Shown in pieces: positions 6,051-11,345 of a stretch of 11,400 bases of DNA. The notes below the pieces were generated by a model, which worked only from the letters and a program-made list of their open reading frames with translations, had not been told where the DNA came from and ran no database searches. This stretch comes from a virus, in IMG/VR virus record IMGVR_UViG_3300023545_000211, positions 1 through 11,400 of that record. The stretch is one strand, 5' to 3'. A program made the position numbers and the translations under genes. Every line of letters begins with the position of its first letter. Within the stretch, counting starts at the first letter, position 1.

Positions 6051-7116
6051 GCAAAGCCTTTAGAAACTCGCAGACTGCGCCCAATTTTGCGGGGTCAATG
6101 GTGGCTATAAGTTCTATTGCTTCCTGCCGCTGATCCTTGCCCGCCGCCGGGTTGAAAAAGTAATTGTAAACTTGCTGCTCCGTGTTTCGCTCCTCGCGTT
6201 CCTCCGCGTGGACATAGATTTCCGTTGTTGACGGGTCGGCGTGGCGCTGGTGCTTCTGTGCAAGGTAGATATTGCCGGTTGCCTTATAAGCGCCTGTGCC
6301 GCTGGTGTGGCGCAGGCTGTGCGCCGTCAGGCGGTCGCTATCATATCCGGCACTTACAAGGGCTTCTTTAAGCATGGTGCTTATTGTGGTAGGCGCTATG
6401 CGCTTTCCCTTGCTGCGATTGCTGGTGCTGACGAAAAGAGGGCTTTTTGCTGTGGGGGTGTCCGTCCGGCTCTGCAAATAGTCTTGCAGCGCGGCCTTTA
6501 CTTCGGGGATAAGCAAAACCGGCTGATCGTGTTCGCTGTGGCCTTTGCCCTGTAAGTAAAGATAGGTGCGGTCGCCGGTTTTCTTTATGTCCTCGATATT
6601 GGCGCGGTTGATCTCGATTGTTCGCAGGCCGCAAGAAATGCAAAGAAGATACATAGCATATAGGCGCTTGCCGCTCTCTGTGCTGCGGTCGATATGATCC
6701 GCTATGATCTTCACGGCTTCGCGGTCGAGCGCGTCTTTTTTGTGGGTGTCGTGGTTGATCTTTACGCCGTGGATATTGTCGGCTATGTTCGGGTAAATGC
6801 CCTCCGCTGCCGTCCACTTGAAAAAGTGCTTGACGGCTCTAAGGTACTGTTGCTTTGTGCCGGCCTTTAGCAGCTCCGCGCCGCTGCGCCCAAAGTGTGC
6901 GCCGTTCAGATATTCTTTATAGGCGAGAATGTCCGCCCTCTCTGGTTGCGTTGTGCCGGTGGCGGTGATCCAGTTCGCAAACTGGCGCAGGCAAGTAATA
7001 TATCCCTTTGTTGTGGTTGGCTCTCTGTCGGTGTACTCGATGAAACGCCGGAAAAGGTCGGCGCTGATCGCTGCGCGGCTTTGAAGCTGGCTATTATAGA
7101 CGGTGATTTCCTGCAT
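6046..7116 (-). CDS. int: Tyrosine recombinase / phage-type integrase (356 aa)
   Basis: N-terminal SAM-like core-binding region (TKGYITCLRQFANWI). Catalytic signature GLRTIE ... HSLRHTSGT ... STTEIYVH (R, H-x-x-R, Y). AAAGGAGG RBS and its own promoter. Confidence 0.92.
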   Translation of the reverse strand: MQEITVYNSQLQSRAAISADLFRRFIEYTDREPTTTKGYITCLRQFANWITATGTTQPERADILAYKEYLNGAHFGRSGAELLKAGTKQQYLRAVKHFFKWTAAEGIYPNIADNIHGVKINHDTHKKDALDREAVKIIADHIDRSTESGKRLYAMYLLCISCGLRTIEINRANIEDIKKTGDRTYLYLQGKGHSEHDQPVLLIPEVKAALQDYLQSRTDTPTAKSPLFVSTSNRSKGKRIAPTTISTMLKEALVSAGYDSDRLTAHSLRHTSGTGAYKATGNIYLAQKHQRHADPSTTEIYVHAEEREERNTEQQVYNYFFNPAAGKDQRQEAIELIATIDPAKLGAVCEFLKALR

Positions 7117-7158
7117 CGTGTGTGCCTCCTTTTGCGGTGTTGTCTTTGTCTTTCTCTT

Positions 7159-7187
7159 ATAATAGCACAGCCCCTCTTAACCGTCAA
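7159..7187 (-). promoter_or_regulatory. Integrase promoter
   Basis: The minus strand reads TTGACG (7187-7182), a 17-nt spacer, then TATTAT (7164-7159) with a TGn extension. It sits between the upstream terminator and the int RBS. Confidence 0.6.
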
Positions 7188-7227
7188 GCACTTTTTTAGC
7201 TTTATAAACTTCTTGTGCATTATATGC

Positions 7228-7260
7228 AAATAAAGGGGCGGGGACTGTTGCCCCCGCCCT
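7228..7260 (-). terminator. Intrinsic terminator ending the packaging operon
   Basis: The minus strand reads GGGCGGGG-gcaacagt-CCCCGCCC followed by CTTTATTTGC. The stem is 8-9 bp of G/C. Confidence 0.6.
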
Positions 7261-7295
7261 ATATATTGAGATTATTGCACTATTTACACACTCCC

Positions 7296-7342
7296 GCGCC
7301 CTGGTACTTTAGGGCGCTGCCTGCCGCTGTACTTCGGGCAGG
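7296..7342 (-). other. Two adjacent stem-loops with conserved GTAC-containing loops
   Basis: GCGCCCT-ggtacttt-AGGGCGC (7296-7317) and CCTGCC-gctgtacttcg-GGCAGG (7320-7342). The stems differ but the loops share GTACTT. The same loop occurs in the terminator hairpin at 11225-11248. Confidence 0.6.
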
Positions 7343-7437
7343 ACTTCGCAAGGGAACAAAGGATAGGCAATCCCGCCGCCCTTGCTGCCTGCTGCCGGGC
7401 TTTCTCCGGCTGGTGGCCTTTGTATCACTGCCTCCGT

Positions 7438-8082
7438 TCAAAAGTTCTCGATGATCTCGCCGGAAAGCTGCTCCCACCATTCGCCCATGCTAAGCGTTAC
7501 GCCGGGAGTAGGACGCCGGTTTCCGCTGCCGCCGCGCCCGCTGCAATAATTGGCGGCGGTCATCATACTGTCCCACGCTTTCAAGGTCTTTCCCGTTCCT
7601 TTGGCGCAATCCTGCGCAAGAACGGTTAAAGCAACCCTGTCTTTTCGGTCGTCGGTGCTGTCTGCTGCTTCCTTTGCATAGTGACCGATCAGCTTTAGCA
7701 TGGTCGGGTTCCCGTCGTATCTGTCCGCAAAGCCGAAATAATCATCTACAGACAGAACGCCGGTTTTCATCAGCTCCACGGCGTTGCTGTCAATGGCGGA
7801 AGGGTCGGCAAGGTTGCTTGTCTGTACTTCCTTTTCCAATGCGCGGCGGAGTTCTGCGGCCTTTGCGTCAAACTCTGTCCAGATGCGGGCCGTTTCTTTG
7901 CGCAGGCTGTTTTCCGCCTCTTGGAGCTGGAGCGTGGCAATCTGCCTTTTCAGCGCGTCCGGGCCTGCGTCCTGCATGGCCTTTCGTGCCTGCTCTACTG
8001 TGTTATACGCGGCGGCGTATTCGTCCCGGGCCGCCTTGAAAGCGGCGTCAAGTTCTTTTGCAAAATGGTTAAACTCGCTCAT
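7438..8082 (-). CDS. Hypothetical protein (214 aa), N-terminal coiled-coil-like, last gene of the packaging operon
   Basis: ATGA overlap with the upstream gene and an AAAGGAA RBS. No catalytic motif recognised. It is followed by structured hairpins and a terminator. Confidence 0.7.
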   Translation of the reverse strand: MSEFNHFAKELDAAFKAARDEYAAAYNTVEQARKAMQDAGPDALKRQIATLQLQEAENSLRKETARIWTEFDAKAAELRRALEKEVQTSNLADPSAIDSNAVELMKTGVLSVDDYFGFADRYDGNPTMLKLIGHYAKEAADSTDDRKDRVALTVLAQDCAKGTGKTLKAWDSMMTAANYCSGRGGSGNRRPTPGVTLSMGEWWEQLSGEIIENF

Positions 8083-8450
8083 TCTTTCGTTCCTTTCTGC
8101 TGCGGGAAAAGGCCGCAGCGCCCATTCTCATACATGGCGCAGGTATCGCCGCAAGCCAAATGCGCGGGGAGCGGGCAACGCTTGCCCGCCTGCGCTGTTC
8201 CCGGCTTGCACTTGCCGCTTTCGTAAAAGCTGCAATCCTCTTTGCATTGCGGGTATAGACCGCTCTGAAATGGGCAATCTTTCTTTTGTGCGGGTGGTTC
8301 TTCCTGCATCTTCTTATAAATGGCTGTTCCCATCGGCACTTCGCCCGCAGAGGTTACAATAACCGGCGCGTACTCACGGCATCCGCGCCCAAACTCGCGG
8401 TATCTTTTGCCGTGTTCATCAATTAGGGGGTATTCCTTCAAAATGTCCAT
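8079..8450 (-). CDS. Cys-rich hypothetical protein (123 aa from ATG 8450)
   Basis: The track ORF begins at TTG 8528 and overlaps the upstream gene by 68 nt. ATG 8450 is preceded by GAAAGGAAG (MDILKEYPLIDEHG...). It has nine Cys, including a duplicated C-x3-C-x2-YE-x-G-[KR]-C unit (CKEDCSFYESGKC / CGDTCAMYENGRC). Confidence 0.65.
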   Translation of the reverse strand: MDILKEYPLIDEHGKRYREFGRGCREYAPVIVTSAGEVPMGTAIYKKMQEEPPAQKKDCPFQSGLYPQCKEDCSFYESGKCKPGTAQAGKRCPLPAHLACGDTCAMYENGRCGLFPQQKGTKE

Positions 8451-8460
8451 GTGCTTCCTT

Positions 8461-8745
8461 TCAGTCCAAATTTGGACAGTCCTCATAGCCGTTGCGGAAT
8501 ACGCTGTCGGCCTCATAGCTGACTTCAAAAAGCGGGGTATGGTATCCGCTGCTGTCCTTTACAAGTTCGCGGTTTGCATCGTCCAGCGCATGAAACGCCG
8601 GAATGATCTGCTTGTCCCATGTCTGCTTTTCAATGGCCTTGAAGCAATGCGGGCAAGTGCGGGCATAGTCCCCATTTGTGACGCTTCGCCCGTACACTTC
8701 CCATGTGCCGCCGCAATAGTGGCACTTGATACGCATATAGCCCAT
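8461..8745 (-). CDS. Zinc-ribbon hypothetical protein (94 aa)
   Basis: CxxC...CxxC pattern (KCHYCGG ... TCPHCFK). AAAGGAGA lies 5 nt before the ATG. It starts 15 nt after the terL stop. Confidence 0.65.
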   Translation of the reverse strand: MGYMRIKCHYCGGTWEVYGRSVTNGDYARTCPHCFKAIEKQTWDKQIIPAFHALDDANRELVKDSSGYHTPLFEVSYEADSVFRNGYEDCPNLD

Positions 8746-8760
8746 GAATTTCTCCTTTCT

Positions 8761-10143
8761 TTAAGCGCTCTGCCCTCGCTTGCGGTATATCTCACGGTCT
8801 AACGCATAAGCGAGGCTGTCTATACTGTGGTTGTCCCTGTCGGGGAGAGAGGAAAGCATATTGCCGTCTTTGTCCTTTTCGTATTCGTAGTTTGCAAGCT
8901 CCCGCGCCGCGTTTGGCGTCCTTGCAGGATCAACCACAATGCGCCGGTGTTGCAGCCACTTGACACGATACGCCACGCATCCCGGCTCTTTGTGGCAAGC
9001 TCTGGCCTGCTTTAAGCCGTGGTCGCGTAGATCGGCTATGCTTTTCGGCTCTGCTGCATCGCAATAAATTTCGCTGTGATCTTGAAAGCACAAGCCGCTT
9101 ACTGGGGAAAGGTAGCTGCTGCCTTTGGTGTCCCCCTCCACAAGCGGGGCGATTTCCTCCGCAAGCTGCCGGTTACTCATGCCGCGCTTGTAAATCTCGT
9201 TCAGGATGTAGATTGTCTCGTGCTTACGGTCATAGCTGCAACGGATAAAGCAAGCGGGGTCTGCCGCAAAGCCAAAGTCCACGCCGGAAAAGAAGTATTC
9301 CATGTTCGCCACTTCCTCGGCGGTGATCTCCCGCACTTCCAGCGCCGGGAATACCTCCGCGCCGGTGCCGGTCGCCTCGCCTAAGTATTCGTGCCGGTAT
9401 GCCTGCTCATTGACGGCCTCCAAGCGTTCAGCCTCCGCTATGAAAGCCTCGCCTAACCATTCGGCGGGTATGTCCTTATAGGTGGTGTGAAAGGTAACCC
9501 CCTGCGCGTCTGGCTCTGCAACAAACTGATTCGCCCAATTCGCCTTACTGATCGGCGGGTTGAAGCTGCGGAATACTTGCGGATTTGTCCCTTGCCCTCG
9601 CATGACCGATTGCAAAACATTTCGGGCAAAGTTCGGGCCGCTTATCTCGCTAAATTCTTCAAACCAACAATAGCGGAAAGTGCCACGCCTGGGCTTGATA
9701 GATTTTAGCTTGCTTGCATCGTCCAGCCCTCGAAAAAGGATCTGTGCGCCGGTCGGCCTGTATTCATACATCATCGGGGAAACGGTTGCTTTCCAGAGGT
9801 GGGAAACGCCCAGCATATCAATAGCCCATGCGATTTGAGAAAAAACGCTGTCGCGCATTGTCCCCGCCACTTTGCGAAACACAATAGCGTTGCTCTGGCC
9901 TGTGGGGTCGCTCTGTATGCCGTCCACGATCTCAAGCGATACGAAAGAGCTTTTGCAGCTCCCGCGCCCGCCCGGAAGATTGTAAAAGCGGTGCTGCCCT
10001 GCCTTTATATCCTCGTGCAAGGGGAGATAGCACGGGGCTATGAAGTCCTCCACGGTGGCGGTGGTGGTCATGCTATCCCGGCGCTGCTTCTCTGCCATTT
10101 CAAGGGCTGCTATGCGCTGTTCCAGCTTGTCCCGTGTTATCAT
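8761..10143 (-). CDS. terL: Terminase large subunit (PBSX/Terminase_3-like, 460 aa)
   Basis: Walker A (LPGGRGSCKSSF, compare the GGRGSGKS typical of this family). Walker B (YCWFEEFSE). C-terminal RNaseH-like nuclease acidic motifs (GVDFGFAADP, HSIDSLAYAL). ATGA overlap with terS. Confidence 0.9.
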   Translation of the reverse strand: MITRDKLEQRIAALEMAEKQRRDSMTTTATVEDFIAPCYLPLHEDIKAGQHRFYNLPGGRGSCKSSFVSLEIVDGIQSDPTGQSNAIVFRKVAGTMRDSVFSQIAWAIDMLGVSHLWKATVSPMMYEYRPTGAQILFRGLDDASKLKSIKPRRGTFRYCWFEEFSEISGPNFARNVLQSVMRGQGTNPQVFRSFNPPISKANWANQFVAEPDAQGVTFHTTYKDIPAEWLGEAFIAEAERLEAVNEQAYRHEYLGEATGTGAEVFPALEVREITAEEVANMEYFFSGVDFGFAADPACFIRCSYDRKHETIYILNEIYKRGMSNRQLAEEIAPLVEGDTKGSSYLSPVSGLCFQDHSEIYCDAAEPKSIADLRDHGLKQARACHKEPGCVAYRVKWLQHRRIVVDPARTPNAARELANYEYEKDKDGNMLSSLPDRDNHSIDSLAYALDREIYRKRGQSA

Positions 10144-10493
10144 TGCCGCATTTCCTCCAAAGCCGTCAAACGCTCTGCAAGGTCGTTCTGATCGGTCAAG
10201 CGCACGGCATAATCAAGGGCGATTTTCGCGGCGTTTACTCTGGCGGCGGGGTTTATTTCCTCGTCCTCCATGACCGTCTGCAAGGTGGATAGCGCAGGTT
10301 CTAATAGCTGCTGCGCCCTGCGCGTTGCGTCCTGTACTACTCCGGCGAACGCTTCGCGGTATCGCTGGCAAAATTCGGGGTTTTCAAAATAGCGCCTCAT
10401 GGTGCGGTCTGTGATCCCCGCTTTCTCTGCCGCCTCTAACTTCGTTTTCGAGGTCAAGAGCGCAGACAAGGCGCGTTCTTCATTGGGTGTCAT
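10140..10493 (-). CDS. terS: Terminase small subunit-like HTH protein (117 aa)
   Basis: N-terminal HTH (KLEAAEKAGITDRTMRRYFENPEF) followed by a helical oligomerisation-like region. It is translationally coupled (ATGA) to terL on one side and to the nuclease on the other. The call rests partly on position. Confidence 0.65.
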   Translation of the reverse strand: MTPNEERALSALLTSKTKLEAAEKAGITDRTMRRYFENPEFCQRYREAFAGVVQDATRRAQQLLEPALSTLQTVMEDEEINPAARVNAAKIALDYAVRLTDQNDLAERLTALEEMRQ

Positions 10494-10852
10494 TCGCTGC
10501 GCTCCTTTCCGATTTCTTCCGCTTTTTTCCGCTGGTAAAGCTCTATCCAGTTTTCAAGCGTCATGCAGACAAGCCACGGGGCGCGGTTTTTCCTCCAAAA
10601 GATAGCCGGTAAACCGTCCTTAAATTTGCCGCTGTCCCGCTGCGCCTGCTCGATCCACTCATAAAGGGCTTGCCTTTCCCCACGCTTACACTCAATGTGT
10701 ACGCCGTCAAGCCCTGTTAGATCGGGCGTACTGCCATAGCTCACGGCCTCGCCCGGTTGCACGGGGTAGCCGTAGCCTTGCAATAGGCGGCACAATTCAA
10801 GCTCCCCGGCGCGGCCTTTAGCTTGTGACCGTTTCCCGCTCGTTCTGCTCAC
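10490..10852 (-). CDS. PD-(D/E)XK nuclease, phage Holliday-junction-resolvase-like (about 120 aa; alternative ATG at 10900)
   Basis: KGRAGELELCRLL ... TPDL ... VHIECKRGE gives the G-x-x-E, PD and E-x-K pattern. I prefer GTG 10852 because ATG 10900 overlaps the better-supported upstream 54-aa ORF by 83 nt. The start remains uncertain. Confidence 0.6.
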   Translation of the reverse strand: MSRTSGKRSQAKGRAGELELCRLLQGYGYPVQPGEAVSYGSTPDLTGLDGVHIECKRGERQALYEWIEQAQRDSGKFKDGLPAIFWRKNRAPWLVCMTLENWIELYQRKKAEEIGKERSE

Positions 10853-10982
10853 CTGCTTTCTTTCGCTCACGCTCTGCCTTGCGCTCCCAGTATCGGGCAT
10901 TGTTCGCCTTTACCTTTTCGGGGTTGGCGGCTCTCCACGCTTTGTAATATGCGCGGCGCTTCTCCGCGGCCTCGTTCGTCAT
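10818..10982 (-). CDS. Small basic protein (54 aa), first ORF of the packaging operon
   Basis: Hand-translated: MTNEAAEKRRAYYKAWRAANPEKVKANNARYWERKAEREPKKAGEQNERETVTS-like sequence (exact: ...WERKAERERKKAGEQNERETVTS*). GAAAGGAG lies 9 nt upstream of the ATG. It is about 60 nt downstream of a near-consensus promoter. It replaces the track ORF 10867-11049, which is in another frame. Confidence 0.55.
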   Translation of the reverse strand: MTNEAAEKRRAYYKAWRAANPEKVKANNARYWERKAERERKKAGEQNERETVTS

Positions 10983-11051
10983 GCTTCTTACGCTCCTTTC
11001 GCTTTATATTCTTGTTGAAGTTCTTAACCGTTGTAAACTTCTTATGCATAT

Positions 11052-11080
11052 ATTATATCAAACATTTGTTCTTTTGTCTA
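11052..11080 (-). promoter_or_regulatory. Near-consensus promoter of the nuclease-terS-terL packaging operon
   Basis: The minus strand reads TAGACA (11080-11075), a 17-nt spacer, then TATAAT (11057-11052) with a TGa extension. Confidence 0.65.
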
Positions 11081-11113
11081 CATCTATTTCTTTCTCTATT
11101 TTGAATTATCAGA

Positions 11114-11127
11114 ATACGCTCAATTAG
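11114..11127. promoter_or_regulatory. Conserved box copy 3 (inverted orientation, one mismatch)
   Basis: The plus strand reads ATACGCTCAATTAG, against the reverse complement of the core, ATACGCTTAATTAG. It lies about 35-50 bp upstream of the packaging-operon -35. Confidence 0.45.
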
Positions 11128-11160
11128 GTTTTTGGGGTTTTAGGGTGCGCCCTAACAAGC

Positions 11161-11191
11161 GGGTAAATATATCGAGTGTATATATTTTCCC
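11161..11191. other. AT-rich inverted repeat upstream of the packaging promoter
   Basis: GGGTAAATATAT (11161-11172) pairs with ATATATTTTCCC (11180-11191) at 11/12 positions, with a 7-nt spacer. Confidence 0.6.
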
Positions 11192-11218
11192 TCTGCTTGC
11201 TATGTATCTTCGAGGCAT

Positions 11219-11248
11219 AAAAAAGCGCCCCCGGTACTTCGGGGACGC
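11219..11248 (-). terminator. Strong intrinsic terminator ending the primase operon (transcribed across the circle junction)
   Basis: The minus strand reads GCGTCCCCG-aagtac-CGGGGGCGC (9-bp stem with one G-T pair), followed by TTTTTT (plus-strand A6 at 11219-11224). Confidence 0.75.
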
Positions 11249-11278
11249 TCTGCGCCTGTATTCACTTCCCGGGAAGCG

Positions 11279-11312
11279 GTAAAGGGAAAGGGCGGGCGCA
11301 TAGCGCCTGCCC
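11279..11312 (-). terminator. Upstream hairpin of a tandem terminator pair (weaker)
   Basis: The minus strand reads GGGCAGGCGC-tat-GCGCCCGCCC (one mismatch), followed by TTTCCCTTTACC. Confidence 0.35.
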
Positions 11313-11345
11313 CTGCTCCTTACTGCCCAGTTGCAAGCCGTAATT

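Larger units (their letters stand above)
1..11345. mobile_element. Complete circular element (unit 11,345 bp) with integrase, ParA/RHH partition, iteron Rep, primase-helicase and TerS/TerL; no virion structural genes
   Basis: The exact 55-bp overlap of the window ends implies circularity. Gene content was read from the ORF translations. All genes are on one strand and no ORF is large enough or motif-compatible to be a portal or major capsid protein. Confidence 0.7.

Noticed and set aside
7217-7227. Second perfect TATAAT on the minus strand (GCATATAATGC) upstream of int
   Set aside because: The corresponding -35 position falls inside the terminator stem and has no TTGACA-like hexamer. The TTGACG-17-TATTAT promoter downstream is the better candidate.
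7309-7431. Possible 39-aa minus-strand ORF after orf214 (GTG ... IQRPPAGESPAAGSKGGGIAYPLFPCEVLPEVQRQAAP*)
   Set aside because: The GGAGG is only 2 nt from the GTG, the sequence is low-complexity, and the ORF is composed largely of the hairpin arms. It is more likely structured non-coding RNA or DNA.
7117-7437. tRNA-derived attP core or a tRNA gene in the intergenic regions (also 11050-11345)
   Set aside because: I found no T-arm-like GGTTCGAATCC-type motif and no cloverleaf-compatible segment by eye. The attP location remains unresolved rather than called.
8419-8428. TCAATTAGG inside the Cys-rich gene, resembling conserved-box copy 3
   Set aside because: The match is only 9 nt, lies within coding sequence and has no flanking similarity. 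It is compatible with chance.
10867-11049. 60-aa minus-strand track ORF (MHKKFTTVKNF...)
   Set aside because: Its ATG at 11049 lies just 3 nt downstream of the promoter -10 (11052-11057), upstream of the likely transcription start, and it has no RBS. A different frame gives a 54-aa ORF (10818-10982) with a strong GAAAGGAG RBS.
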